Part shown: piece by piece, positions 8,803 through 20,028 of the stretch
Position numbering within the stretch: position 1 is the stretch's first letter
How the letters are laid out: each line of letters opens with the position of its first letter
NCBI GenBank assembly: GCA_963745835.1
Contig: CAVUZH010000015.1
Span: forward strand, 96,001 to 160,000
DNA from: an uncultured delta proteobacterium
Lineage (GTDB): Bacteria; Desulfobacterota; Binatia; UBA9968
Length of the DNA: 64,000 nt
Direction: 5' to 3'
Made by a program: the position numbers and the translations under genes
Notes under the pieces: generated by a model
What the model saw: only the letters and a program-made list of their open reading frames with translations
Told to the model about the DNA's origin: nothing
Databases searched by the model: none

Positions 8803-9949
8803 ATGGAATCGGCGATTGCTTCCGGCCTGCAAGGTCTTTTACTCGGGATCAGCAATCTGACTTTAGCTCATGTCGTCATGATCCTGATTGGTTCGCTGCT
8901 GCTTTATCTTGGAATCAGCAAAGGATACGAGCCTCTCCTCCTTCTCCCTATCGGCTTCGGCGCCATTCTAGTGAATATTCCGTTAGCCGGCTTGATGGAT
9001 GAGCACGGCATCCTCCGCTACTTTTACGAGAATGGTATCCTGACGGAGATATTTCCCGTGCTCATTTTTTTGGGCATCGGCGCGATGACGGATTTTTCGC
9101 CGCTGTTGGAAAATCCGAAAATCATTTTGCTGGGCGCCGCCGGACAGTTCGGGATTTTTTTGACTCTGCTGCTTGCTCTGGCGGTGGGCTTCGACAAGCT
9201 CGACGCCGTAGCCGTTGCTATCATCGGCGCCTGTGACGGCCCCACTGCGATTTATGTCAGCTCCAAATATGCGCCGCATTTATTGGGAGCGGTTTCAGTG
9301 GCTGCTTATTCCTATATGTCTTTGGTTCCGCTGATCCAACCGCCGATCATGCGCCTGCTGACCACCGATCGAGAAAGAAAAATCGTCATGGGTGTGAGCC
9401 GGCAGCCGGTTTCCAAGACCACAAAGATTCTTTTCCCGATCGTTGTGACGATTTTCGCTTCAATCCTCGCGCCCATCGGCACACCTTTGATCGGCACTGT
9501 GATGTTAGGCAATCTCATGAAAGAAAGCGGTGTCGTGGAGCGGCTTAAAAGCGCTTCCGAAAACGAGATTGCCAATATCATCACTCTCCTTTTGGGTCTT
9601 ACGATTGGCGCCACAATGGAGGCGGATAAGTTTCTGCGCGCGGAGACATTGCTTGTATTGGGACTTGGCCTCATCGCCATTAGCCTGGATACCGTCGTTG
9701 GGGTGCTCTTCGGCAAAGCTGATGTGCGTACTTACCGGCGGCAAGGTCAATCCGCTTATCGGCGCGGCCGGGATTTCAGCATTTCCAATGGCCGCGCGCG
9801 TCGCCCAAACGGAAGGTCAGAAGTACAACAAGAAGAATTATCTCTTGATGCACGCGATGAGCGCCAATGCCGGTGGGCAGATCGGTTCCGTCATTGCAGC
9901 CGCGGTGATGCTGTCGGTGCTCACGGGAATGGGAATCGTCGGCGGGTGA
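8803..9949 (+). CDS. Na+-translocating decarboxylase beta subunit (OadB/GcdB/MmdB), frameshifted near 9715
   Basis: YEPLLLLPIGFG, IIGACDGPTAIY, AAYSYMSLVP; C-terminus GKLMC..KVNPLIGAAGISAFPMAAR..HAM lies in the +1 frame. Confidence 0.9.
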
Positions 9950-9960
9950 CAGGAACCGTT

Positions 9961-11514
9961 ATGGCTAATTCCAGAGATGATCTCGAAAAGAAACTTACCG
10001 CGTTAGAAGAACAAGCCGTCGCAGGCGCTGTAAAGACGGCCGGCAAACAAGCGGACGAAGGCAGGCTCACCGCGCGAGAACGAGTCGAGACGCTTCTTGA
10101 TCCCGGCACGTTCGTCGAAGAGTTCATGCTGGCGGAAACGCAATGTACAGACTTCGGCATGGCAGAGCGAAAACAGCCGTCCGACGGCGTAGTGACCGGT
10201 TTCGGAAAGATCGACGGCCGCCCGGTTTATGTTTTCTCACAGGATCGATCCATCATGGCCGGAAGTGTTGGCAGCGCCCACGCGGAAAAGATCGCCTACG
10301 TGATCCAGACGGCGCGCAGACTGGGCGTTCCTCTAATCGGTCTTAATGACTCCGCGGGAGCACGAATTCAGGAGGGACTTTCGGTCACTTCCGCCATTGG
10401 CAAGATCTTTTTCGAGAACAGTATCGCATCAGGCTGCATCCCGCAGATCTCCGCAATCATGGGGCCGTGTATCGGCGTCGGCTCCTATTCGCCGGCGCTT
10501 ACGGATTTCGTTTTAATGGTCCAGAATTCCAGCCAGATGTTCATCACGGGTCCGGCGGTGATCAAAGAAGTCCTGGGCGAGACCGTCACCATGGAGGAGT
10601 TAGGCGGCGCCAAGATTCACTCCGAAGTCTCAGGCGTCGCCGATCTGGTGGTCAAAAGCGATCAAGAATGTCTCGCGACAATTCGCCGGCTGCTCGGTTT
10701 CTTGCCATCCAATTTTGAGTCGCCGCCGGCGCGCAAATCCACCAGCGATAATCCGGAGCGCAGCCTCGATTCGCTCAACCAAATCGTCCCAGATGATATG
10801 CGCCGCGCCTACAATATTCTTCAAGTCATCAAAGCGATCGTCGATGATAATGATTTTCTTGAGTTGAAAGCGAAATTCGCTCGCAATCTGGTGATCGGCT
10901 TCGGCAGGTTGGACGGGCACCCGGTCGGGTTCGTCGCGAATCAGCCAATGTTTCTCGCCGGCAGTTTGGATGTCGACGCATCCGATAAAGCCGCTCGTTT
11001 CATTCGATTCTGCGATGCCTTCAATGTTCCTATCATCACACTGATGGACGTACCGGGATTTTTTCCTGGAAGACAACAGGAAGAAAAAGGCATCATTCGC
11101 CACGGCGCTAAGATGCTCTACGCATATGCCGAGGCGACGGTACCAAAGATCACTGTTGTCTTACGCAAGGGCTATGGCGGCGCCAAACAGGCGCTCTGTA
11201 CCCGCGAAATGGGCGCCGATCAGTTGTTCGTTTGGCCGGGCGTCGAGCTCGCGGTGATGGGTGGCGGCGGAGCGGTCAACGTCCTTTATAAAAGAGAAAT
11301 CGAACGCTCAGCGGATCCGGAGCAAACTCGCAGAGAGAAGATCGCCGAGTTCCAGGAGCGCTTTAGCGGCCCCTTTGAAGCCTTGTCCAAACAGTTTGCG
11401 CACGCAGCCGTTCGTCCGGCGGAGACCCGCCAGCGGCTGATTCGTTCTCTGGAAATATTACGCAACAAAAGAGAAGAGCGACCAAGGAAGAAACATGGCC
11501 TGATGCCGGTGTGA
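9961..11514 (+). CDS. acyl-CoA carboxyltransferase (MmdA/PccB-like alpha subunit)
   Basis: LTARER..LLDPGTF, DSAGARIQEG, MFITGP, DVPGF, IIRHGAKMLYAY, KKHGLMPV; own ATG at 9961. Confidence 0.93.
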   Translation: MANSRDDLEKKLTALEEQAVAGAVKTAGKQADEGRLTARERVETLLDPGTFVEEFMLAETQCTDFGMAERKQPSDGVVTGFGKIDGRPVYVFSQDRSIMAGSVGSAHAEKIAYVIQTARRLGVPLIGLNDSAGARIQEGLSVTSAIGKIFFENSIASGCIPQISAIMGPCIGVGSYSPALTDFVLMVQNSSQMFITGPAVIKEVLGETVTMEELGGAKIHSEVSGVADLVVKSDQECLATIRRLLGFLPSNFESPPARKSTSDNPERSLDSLNQIVPDDMRRAYNILQVIKAIVDDNDFLELKAKFARNLVIGFGRLDGHPVGFVANQPMFLAGSLDVDASDKAARFIRFCDAFNVPIITLMDVPGFFPGRQQEEKGIIRHGAKMLYAYAEATVPKITVVLRKGYGGAKQALCTREMGADQLFVWPGVELAVMGGGGAVNVLYKREIERSADPEQTRREKIAEFQERFSGPFEALSKQFAHAAVRPAETRQRLIRSLEILRNKREERPRKKHGLMPV

Positions 11515-11536
11515 CTATCAATGTGAGGCGCATGGT

Positions 11537-13175
11537 TTAAGCGTCAATCGGCAGCGAGAAAGAAAAGATGCTCCCATGGCCCTGTTCGCTCTCCGCCCAT
11601 ATTGTCCCGCCGTGCGCTTCTACAATCATTTTGCAGATCACTAGGCCGAGCCCGGTGCCTTTGTGATTGGAATTGTTGGCATTCCCTCCCTGTCGATATT
11701 TTTGGAAAAGCTCGCCTATCTCGTTGCTGGGAATGCCTTCGCCGCTATCCTGAACCCAAACCCGAATACTCCTCATCTTAGCGAAATCTGCCCCGACCTT
11801 TACCTCTCCGCCATCGCCAGTGAATTTAATGGCGTTACTGATTAGATTACTTAAGACTTGCTCCAGGCGCTGCGGATCGGCAAGAATCGATGGTAGCGAC
11901 GCATCAATCGCCTCCGCAACGGTCACTTTTTTGTTCTGCGCCACCACCTGGAAGCTCTCAATGCTTTTTCGAACCAGGTCGGTGACACTGACGACCTGCT
12001 TGCTGACGTTAACGTAGCCTGACTCTAGTTTGGAAAGATCAAGAAAGTCGCTCACTAGGTCGATCAGATTGTGACTGTTTGCTTGAACCCGTAATAACCA
12101 TTTTTTTTGCTCCTCGGTCACTGGGCCGAACATCCCGTCCAACATTACCTCCGTTACCCCGGTAATGTTCATGAGCGGCGACCGCAGATCATGAGCGATC
12201 ATTGCCGAGAAGTCGGCTTGCAGCTTGCTTGCCTTCTCGAGCTCGCGCGCTTGTCGCTTGGTCTCCTCATAAAGTTGCGCTCGCTGCACCGCAACTCCCA
12301 CGTGATTGCCGATGGTCTCCCACAGACTCACTTCCTCGTTTTTGAATTTACGCGGCGTTCGCGTTGCCAGTTGAATAATTCCCAGAACCGCGCCATCGGC
12401 GCGAACCGGCACCTGGACAAACGATTGAACTCCCTCCTTTTTCAAAGTTCTTAAACCGTCGCAGCTTTGCACCGATTCCTCCACGCACGGCTGCTGGAAT
12501 ATTTGGTCCTTGAAATGAGAGGATTGCGCGTTGCCGCTGGTGCGGGAGATTGCGCGGTGGCTCGCGACGTTTTCCGGATCCCGGTAACCACGAACAATCA
12601 CCACCTGAAGCGTATCACCATTGGATTCAAGCAGTCGGATATTGCCCAGGTCGAACGAACCTATAAAAATCGCCTGCTCAAGAATGTGTTCGAGCACTGA
12701 ATTGAGGTCCAATGATGCCAATATCGCCTCGCTGATTTTCCTTAGCACCATCAGTTCTCGATTTCGTGCTTTCAGGCTTTCTTCGGCTTTATGTCGCTCG
12801 ATCGAGTAGCGCAGAGCGCGCGCCAACAACTGCACCGTCCGCCTGGCCCTTGACCAGATAATCTTGCGCTCCCTGTTGCAGCGCTCTGATGGCAATCTCC
12901 TCATCATTGAGACCGGTCAAAATCACAATCGGCGTGCCTTCCGCCTGGCCGCCCAAACGGCTGATCGTCTCGATACCCTGCGCATCGGGAAGCGAAAGAT
13001 CCAATAACACTACGTCAAATCGCCGCTCGCTCAGCCGCATTAGGGCGTCGCTAAAACGTTCCGCATGAACCAGTTCGAATTGCGAGCTTCCCGTCTCTTG
13101 CAAGAGCGCGCGTAGAAGTCGGACATCGCCCGGATTGTCTTCGATCAACAGGACATGAATAGGCGCGCTGCTCAC
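11537..13175 (-). CDS. receiver-GAF-histidine kinase hybrid, frameshifted near 12833
   Basis: REC ([23 protein letters not shown]) joins [13 protein letters not shown] in another frame; [23 protein letters not shown]. Confidence 0.88.
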
Positions 13176-13624
13176 TTAGCCGCCTCGTGCGACGGCAATT
13201 TGACGACGCTCACCCAGAAATCTTCGATGGACTTCACCACTCCCATAAATTGCTCGAGATCCACCGGTTTGGTGATGTAGCAGTTGGCATGCAGATCGTA
13301 GATTTTGAGTATGTCCTCTTCCGAGGAAGATGTTGTAAGTACAACAACAGGAATTCGCCGAAGGTTGGGATCGGCTTTGATTTCGGCTAGAACCTCCCTG
13401 CCGTCCTTTTTCGGCAAATTCAAATCCAGAAGAATCAGTTCCGGTTGGGGCGCGTCGGCGTATATCCCCTGCTTGCGAAGAAATGAGAGCGCCTCCACCC
13501 CATCGCCGACGACCGTCAGTTGATTCAGCAGCTTGCCTTCCTTCAGCGCTTCTTTCGTCAGTCGGACATCGCCGGGGTTGTCTTCCACCAGCAGTACCTG
13601 AATGCAGCCATTGTAAACACTCAT
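13172..13624 (-). CDS. single-domain response regulator, Rcp1-like
   Basis: [38 protein letters not shown]. Confidence 0.95.
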   Translation of the reverse strand: MSVYNGCIQVLLVEDNPGDVRLTKEALKEGKLLNQLTVVGDGVEALSFLRKQGIYADAPQPELILLDLNLPKKDGREVLAEIKADPNLRRIPVVVLTTSSSEEDILKIYDLHANCYITKPVDLEQFMGVVKSIEDFWVSVVKLPSHEAAK

Positions 13625-16600
13625 AAGGATTTATCTCCTTCGGCGGAATTTTCCGCCGGCAGCGTAAAGCGAAAGCTCGAGCCCTTGTGCGGCTGTGATT
13701 CCACCCAGATTCGCCCGCTGTGTCGTTCAACGATCTTTTTGCACAGCGCAAGACCGATTCCCGTACCGGGATATTCCTCCTTGGTATGCAAGCGCTGAAA
13801 GATCACGAAGATCCGCTCCGCATACTGAGAGTCGATCCCGATTCCATCGTCGTTAAATGAGAACAGCCAGTCGCCAGCCTGCCGCTCCGCCGTTACATGG
13901 ATGGAAGGAGGCTTTTCGCCGCGAAATTTGATCGCGTTACCGATCAAATTTTGGAAGAGCTGTCCAAGTTGAATGGCATCGCCCATGATAGTCGGCAGGG
14001 GGTCGTAAGTTATTCTCGCTTGACTGTCTTCGATGGCGATCTGCAAATTCTTGAGAGCGGTTTGAAGAACAATCTCACAGTTTGTCGACGCAAACTGGCG
14101 GCCCTTGGTTCCGATACGCGAGTAAGCAAGCAAAGCCTGGATCAGGTCCTGCATTCGCTTAGACCCATCCACCGCAAAGCCGATGAATTCTTCGGCCTCG
14201 CTGTCGAGTTTGCCCTTGTAGCGCCGGGCAAGCAGTTGCACGTAACTCGCGACCATTCTTAACGGCTCTTGTAAATCGTGCGATGCGACATAGGCAAATT
14301 GCTCTAACTCGGTATTGGAGCGAGCCAGTTCAGCCGCCTGAACGGTTAGCAAACTGTTCACCCGTTCGAGTTTCTCTTTCGCCGATTTTACCTCCTCGGT
14401 TGAATGCTGAAGATCTATATTGGAGCGAGTCAACTGCGCAGCCTTCTCTCCCAGCGCCGCCTGTGCCTGTTGGCTTTCTTCGTAAAGCCGAGCCTTCTGA
14501 ATGGCGATTCCAGCCTGGCCGCCGATGGCGTCGAAAACTCGTAACTCACTCTCCTGAAACTCTCTGACTGTCCGGCTACCGAGCTGAATTATTCCCAGCA
14601 CGTCGTGCTGGGTGTGGAGCGGAATAGCCACGACCGTGCACACTCCTTCTCGTCTAAACGTGCGCATGCCGTCTGATGCACTCAGGTCCTTTACCTTGGT
14701 CTGCTTGCTGGCCATTACCTCGGCGATAATTCTTGCGGTGGACTTTTGCTCACTGGTTTCATAGTGGTTGACGATGGCTTCATGGTCGCGATGTCCACGG
14801 CTGGCCACCAGTCTTAACCTGTTATGATCGCGGTCTAGCAGGCGAATCACGCCGCAATCGAACCTGCCGACCTCAAATGCCTTGTCAAGGATTCGCTCCA
14901 TCATGACTGTTACATCAAGACTTTCGAGAATAGTGTCACTAATCGCATGGAGCGTCTTGAGTTCTCGATAACGTGCCTCGGTTTCACTGAACAGTCGCGC
15001 CTTTTCGAGCGCTACACCGATCATGTTTCCGATAGCCTCCAGTAACTCCAATTCGCGCAGTTCGAAAGGAACCGGCCGGACAGCAGACACCGCCAAGATA
15101 CCCACCACATGAGTGCCAGCTTTTATCGGGATCATGCCGGCCGGATTTTTTTGCGGCGACAGTGCTTCCGAGTTCCCGATTGCGGGAGAATTGTTAATAA
15201 CTAGCGGCTGCCCGCTTGCAAACACGTCCCGTACGATGGAGTCCGTTGACGGGCGAACCATTTCTTCGGTCTCCTCCGGCGAAAACCCCCGATGCGCCGC
15301 CAATGTCATCCCGTTATTAGCGGAATTCTTGAGCCTTATTGATAGGCGCTCGCGTCCGGTCACTTCGAAGACTTTTTCTAACGCAATCTTCAGCAGTTCA
15401 TCGGTATGAAGCGACTGGCTGATAGCTTTGGCGATAAGATTGAGAGCTCCCTGTTCATTGGCGCGTCGCTCCGTCTCGTGGAGAAGCCGAGCCTTCTGAA
15501 TGGCGAGACCCACTTGGTTGCCGATCGCGTTCAGCAGACGAACGTCTTGGGGGCTGAACGTGGACGGCCTGCGGCTTCCCACCTCCATCACTCCGAGGGT
15601 CTCTCGTTCCAGGATGATCGGCACCACAATAGCCGAGCACACCTGTTCCTCTATAAAGGCGAGTAGCCCGTCCCCTGCTGCTAGATTTTCGAGTACTAGA
15701 CTTTTTCCCGACTCGATGATCCGCATTGAAAGAGCATCGCTTCTGGAGTTCTTCATGTCGGCGTAAACGCGAGTATTCTCTTGATCGCCATAGCCTCGAT
15801 AAATTCCGATTCGCGTACCGCCGACAGGCTCAAACAAGCGAATATTACCAATGTCGAGCGAGAGAGTGGCGAGCGCTCGATCGACAATGTTTTCCAGAAC
15901 AGGCTCAAGATCTGTAGCGCTCAAGATCGCTTGGCTCACATCGTGCAGAACCGCCAGCTCAGTGTACCGGTCCAGCAAGTCTTGCTGGGCCTGCTTACGT
16001 TCGGTGATATCTTCCGCTAACCCGACCATGCGGTAAACTTCTCCAGATTCGCTCCGCACAGGAAAAGCGCGATCCTTGATCCAACGTACAGAGCCGTCAT
16101 CGCGGACGATTCGATACTCCTCGCTGTACTGCCCCGCAAACTGCTTGGTGCTTACCGCTCCAAGTACCCGAGCACGATCATCTTCATGAAGCAGCCCCAG
16201 CCAGGATTGAGATAAAGAGCCAATCTTGGCAGGATCGCGTCCCCAAATTTCGCGATATGCGGGGCTGATGTAAAGCTTTTCGTTGTTCGACGGGTCCGTA
16301 ATCCAAAAAACCTCTTTGATGTTTTCGGCGATCTGACGAAACCGCTCTTCGCTCTCGCGCATGGCCGTCTCTCTGCGCTTTAGCGTGCTGATATCACTAA
16401 ACGTTACTATTGTTCCCGCCAGCGCGTTTCGCTCAAAAATTGGGGCGCACTTGTATTCGACAGGAAAGCTCGTGCCGTCAATGCGCCAAAATAGCTCATC
16501 GGCGGCCTGGTGCTTGGCCCCGTCTCTTAACGAAGCGACAATCGACGAGGGCTGGTTGGAAAACTCACTGCCGTCTGCACGCGTGTGGCGCAGTAGCTGC

Positions 16601-17382
16601 TGCGTCGTTTTTCCAAGCACTTCGTCCGCTTGACAATTCAGGAGTTCCGCTGCTGCCGAGTTCATGAAGAGAATTCTTTGCTGCAGGTCAATTCCAAAAA
16701 TTCCTTCGCCGGCAGAATTGAGGATTAAACTGCTTTCCGCGAACGCCTTCTGATTGAAGCGCCAGGCGGACATGTTGCCGACCGCCGCCGCGATGAAAAA
16801 AAAGGAATGAATAGCGGCCCACTTCAACGGAGCGGCCAAAGCCGCCGGATGGCCATAAACGTGGTGAGGCCATATCGCACCAACTAGAACGTGGTAAATC
16901 ACTAGATAAACAAGAACCAGGAGGTACGAAATTCGATCCTGGTACAGCGCCAAGAAGGCAAGCACAACAAAAAAGTGAAAGTGAAACTCGATGGCGCCAC
17001 CTGAGAGATGAACGAGAAATGCCGAGGCGCTTATAAGGCCAAAACCAACCGCGACAGGCGGAAGAGCACGGCCGGTGGTTAGAGCGGCAACGCTCGCGAA
17101 AAGACCCACGATTATCGCTTCGGCGGTCGTCCGAAGCACTGTGCCATCGCGAAGGAGGGCCGCAAGGCTAAATTCCCAGCTATCACCAAACACGACCGCG
17201 ATCAGCGCGATCAGCAACGCATGAAGCCACGTAAGTCGCAGTAAGAATCGGTGCCGGGTTTGCCAGACAGTGGCCGGCAATGATTCGCCGGAAGGCAGAA
17301 ATTCCCACAAGCCTTGCAGGGGCGCGGAAGGTTTCGGTCGCGCGAAGCTCCTGGGGTTGGCCAAGCTCTTAAGTTTGGGCAT
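13621..17382 (-). CDS. membrane multisensor histidine kinase (TM domain-PAS-PAS-GAF-GAF-GAF-HisKA-HATPase)
   Basis: Hydrophobic N-terminus, two PAS/PAC, three GAF repeats (LLxAIGxQxGxAIQKARL), [25 protein letters not shown]. Confidence 0.93.
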   Translation of the reverse strand: MPKLKSLANPRSFARPKPSAPLQGLWEFLPSGESLPATVWQTRHRFLLRLTWLHALLIALIAVVFGDSWEFSLAALLRDGTVLRTTAEAIIVGLFASVAALTTGRALPPVAVGFGLISASAFLVHLSGGAIEFHFHFFVVLAFLALYQDRISYLLVLVYLVIYHVLVGAIWPHHVYGHPAALAAPLKWAAIHSFFFIAAAVGNMSAWRFNQKAFAESSLILNSAGEGIFGIDLQQRILFMNSAAAELLNCQADEVLGKTTQQLLRHTRADGSEFSNQPSSIVASLRDGAKHQAADELFWRIDGTSFPVEYKCAPIFERNALAGTIVTFSDISTLKRRETAMRESEERFRQIAENIKEVFWITDPSNNEKLYISPAYREIWGRDPAKIGSLSQSWLGLLHEDDRARVLGAVSTKQFAGQYSEEYRIVRDDGSVRWIKDRAFPVRSESGEVYRMVGLAEDITERKQAQQDLLDRYTELAVLHDVSQAILSATDLEPVLENIVDRALATLSLDIGNIRLFEPVGGTRIGIYRGYGDQENTRVYADMKNSRSDALSMRIIESGKSLVLENLAAGDGLLAFIEEQVCSAIVVPIILERETLGVMEVGSRRPSTFSPQDVRLLNAIGNQVGLAIQKARLLHETERRANEQGALNLIAKAISQSLHTDELLKIALEKVFEVTGRERLSIRLKNSANNGMTLAAHRGFSPEETEEMVRPSTDSIVRDVFASGQPLVINNSPAIGNSEALSPQKNPAGMIPIKAGTHVVGILAVSAVRPVPFELRELELLEAIGNMIGVALEKARLFSETEARYRELKTLHAISDTILESLDVTVMMERILDKAFEVGRFDCGVIRLLDRDHNRLRLVASRGHRDHEAIVNHYETSEQKSTARIIAEVMASKQTKVKDLSASDGMRTFRREGVCTVVAIPLHTQHDVLGIIQLGSRTVREFQESELRVFDAIGGQAGIAIQKARLYEESQQAQAALGEKAAQLTRSNIDLQHSTEEVKSAKEKLERVNSLLTVQAAELARSNTELEQFAYVASHDLQEPLRMVASYVQLLARRYKGKLDSEAEEFIGFAVDGSKRMQDLIQALLAYSRIGTKGRQFASTNCEIVLQTALKNLQIAIEDSQARITYDPLPTIMGDAIQLGQLFQNLIGNAIKFRGEKPPSIHVTAERQAGDWLFSFNDDGIGIDSQYAERIFVIFQRLHTKEEYPGTGIGLALCKKIVERHSGRIWVESQPHKGSSFRFTLPAENSAEGDKSL

Positions 17383-17559
17383 CTCTACTATGTCTGCAAT
17401 GTCAGTTCTTACGGCGTTTATCTGGAAGGAAAGATCAACCGACAGGTTCTGTCGCGTCCCAGGATCTGCGAGAGCGACACATCTCCGGCCGATTACGACA
17501 TATTCATCTTCGTTGGATTTCTATGTCCGAGTAAAAGGATCCAAAGGTCTGGTGAGAGA

Positions 17560-17790
17560 TTAGCGATTCTCTTCGAAATCGCCTTTTCTTTCTCGCTCGG
17601 TTCCCCTGGATTCTCGATGTTCGACCCATTGCCTAAGTTGAGTCTCTCGTACCCGCCACTGACCGCCTACCTTGAACGCCGGCAGCTCGTTGATTTTGAT
17701 CATCCGGTGGAGAGTGCGCTTGGAAACCTGAAGCAGTGCCGCAGCCTCATCAAGCGTCAGTAAACGAATACTGTCGAACTTCTGCTCCAT
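17560..17790 (-). CDS. excisionase/BldC-like small HTH protein (HTH_17)
   Basis: LLTLDEAAALLQVSKRTLHRMIK..LPAFKVGGQWRV. Confidence 0.9.
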   Translation of the reverse strand: MEQKFDSIRLLTLDEAAALLQVSKRTLHRMIKINELPAFKVGGQWRVRETQLRQWVEHRESRGTERERKGDFEENR

Positions 17791-17812
17791 AAATCTTCAA
17801 GAAACTCCCGGC

Positions 17813-17851
17813 GGCTGCTGACGCAATGGCAATGCCATTGCGTCAGCAGCC
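17813..17851. repeat. perfect 39-bp palindrome containing a sigma54 -24/-12 motif on both strands
   Basis: GGCTGCTGACGCAATGGCA-A-TGCCATTGCGTCAGCAGCC; TGGCA-N6-TTGC reads on + (17827-17841) and - (17837-17823). Confidence 0.85.
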
Positions 17852-18096
17852 TAAGTACTCAAAATAGCGAATGATTTACAATCGCAAACAAGACTGCGGA
17901 AGTGTAGGTGGACAAATCTGGACAATCTGCGACGGCGCGACGCAGAGGTCGTCAGCGAAGAAATAGTATCAAGAGCCGATCAGTTATTCAGTGACGTTCT
18001 CTTAAGCGCCGTTGCGTCTTAGTGAACGCCGTACGAATCGAGGGTACCGGTCCAGCATACGGTCGATTTGTGCGGACCGATCTAAAATCACCATAG

Positions 18097-20028
18097 CTAT
18101 TGTTGGTAGAGTAGCTTACCGGAACCGCTACTATCATATCCGCCCAGAGCGGCCACAGCGTTTTTGAATGCACCGGATTGAAGCACCGACATCAGCCGCT
18201 GGCCGCGGTCCGATTCGAAGAAGGGGCGCGAAAACAGCAAGTCGTACTGTTCACTGGCGATCGGTATAAAGTCGAGCCCCAACGCTTGCGCAGCAGCCCG
18301 CACCGCAAGACCAGCGTCCGCCAGGCCACTGGCGATCGCAACCCCTACAGACATATGCGTGAACTCTTCCCGTTCATAGCCATTTATTGAACTCGGACTA
18401 ATCCCCAGTCTCTTAAGCTCAAAGTCTAACAGCACGCGAGTCCCGGATCCCGCTTGCCGGTTGACGAATCGAATTCCGGAGGTGAGATCGCTCAGGCTGC
18501 CGATTGATTTAGGATTATCGCGAGCAATGACAATCCCTTGTTCGCGCTGCGCAAGGTGCACAAGCGTCACCGGCAGTCTAGGAATCGTTCGTTTGATATC
18601 AGCAACATTGTAAACGCCGGTCTCCGGGTCGAGCAGATGTGTGCCGGCCATGTGGGTCTCGCCGCGCTGCAGCGCAAGCAAACCGCCAAGGCTGCCAACA
18701 TTGGCAGCGGCGATCTTGAGTTCCGGATGATGCTGCTTAAGTTGATCTTCGATTACACCGATGGCAAGATCGTGACTACCGGTGCAGAGAATCGTGTTTT
18801 CGATATCTTCTCGAGGGCGAAGCAAATCGATCTCAACTTCTTCATCTTCGTTTAATCCTTCGACGAGACTCGGAATCCGTAATAATCCATCGGCATGAAC
18901 CATGGTTGTAATCACGCCTGCGCCTCTCGCAAGCGGGACTGCCACCAACTTGTTTCCTACCCGCCCCACAGATACTCGGATGAATTCTTCAAGCCCGAGG
19001 TGCGAGGCGATTTTTTTCGGCACCACCGCGTGAACACGCGGATAAGATGGCGCCGCGGCTCCAAGAAATTTCTCCAGCGCCGGCCGCAAGATTTCCCGTG
19101 CGATGACGATGGCAGAGACAGGGTAGCCCGGAACGCCGATTACCGGCTTGCCGACGACTCCTCCCAAGACGGCTGGCTTCCCCGGCATGACATCGATTCC
19201 ATGAGCCCAGAGTTCGCCCGCATCAGCCACGACCTCCGCCGTCAAGTCATGTTCCCCCGCAGAAGAACCGGCGATGATCGTCACCAGATCACATTCAGCG
19301 GCGGCCCGGCGCACAGCTTGGTCGAGCAGCTCTGATTGGTCCTTAACGCAAGGATATTTGATCGGCGTTGCACCCCATTCGCGCACAAACGCGGCGAGGA
19401 CTGTTGAATTGAATTCTATAACGGCTCCAGGCTGAGGTTGTTCACCGGGCGCGATCAACTCATCACCGGTTGGAATGATCCCGACCTTGGGCCGGCATTT
19501 CACCTCTACCCAGGTATGCCCGGAGGCCAGCAAAGCGCCAAGATCATAGGGACGAAGCCGATGATAGCGCGGCAAAAGCAATTCAGTTGCCACCACATCT
19601 TCGCCCACCAAACGGACATGATTCCAGGGCCCGACAGATTCGAATATCTCTAACGATCCATCTTTAAGCTGGCGGACTTTCTCGATCATGATTACCGCAT
19701 TCGCCCATACTGGCAGCGAGTTGCCGGTGTCGACGTAAGCGAACGCGTCCGGACCTGGCGAGTCGCTGCTCGCGCTAAGGAGTTTTTTGGGATTGAATTC
19801 AGTAGCGCCAAAAGTATCTTCGGCGCGCACGCAGATGCCGTCCATGGCGGCAGCATGGTAGTGCGGCGAGGAAATCTTGGCGAAGACCGGCGCCGCAGTA
19901 ACGCGGTCGAGCGCCTCCTCTACCGCAATCAACTCATTGCCAATGCCTGATGGCTCGACTTTGGCCAGGAAGAGTTCCCTGGCTTCCTTTAACGGCGTTT
20001 TCTTAAGATAACGTTTGCGAGCCATCAC
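18097..20028 (-). CDS. moeA: molybdopterin biosynthesis MoeA fused to PBP (LysR-substrate-like) domain
   Basis: AAMDG, PTGDEL, PGKP, GVPGYPVS, then GSHD..GSLGGL, FVNRQAGSGTR, THMSV. Confidence 0.92.
   Translation of the reverse strand: MMARKRYLKKTPLKEARELFLAKVEPSGIGNELIAVEEALDRVTAAPVFAKISSPHYHAAAMDGICVRAEDTFGATEFNPKKLLSASSDSPGPDAFAYVDTGNSLPVWANAVIMIEKVRQLKDGSLEIFESVGPWNHVRLVGEDVVATELLLPRYHRLRPYDLGALLASGHTWVEVKCRPKVGIIPTGDELIAPGEQPQPGAVIEFNSTVLAAFVREWGATPIKYPCVKDQSELLDQAVRRAAAECDLVTIIAGSSAGEHDLTAEVVADAGELWAHGIDVMPGKPAVLGGVVGKPVIGVPGYPVSAIVIAREILRPALEKFLGAAAPSYPRVHAVVPKKIASHLGLEEFIRVSVGRVGNKLVAVPLARGAGVITTMVHADGLLRIPSLVEGLNEDEEVEIDLLRPREDIENTILCTGSHDLAIGVIEDQLKQHHPELKIAAANVGSLGGLLALQRGETHMAGTHLLDPETGVYNVADIKRTIPRLPVTLVHLAQREQGIVIARDNPKSIGSLSDLTSGIRFVNRQAGSGTRVLLDFELKRLGISPSSINGYEREEFTHMSVGVAIASGLADAGLAVRAAAQALGLDFIPIASEQYDLLFSRPFFESDRGQRLMSVLQSGAFKNAVAALGGYDSSGSGKLLYQQ

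Noticed and set aside
8800-11514. Novel OadB-carboxyltransferase fusion protein (904 aa)
   Set aside because: Linker is an out-of-frame reading of the beta C-terminus; one extra A explains it
17560-17790. Prophage excisionase marking a prophage
   Set aside because: No integrase, att repeat or phage genes nearby; the same holds for the 39155 copy
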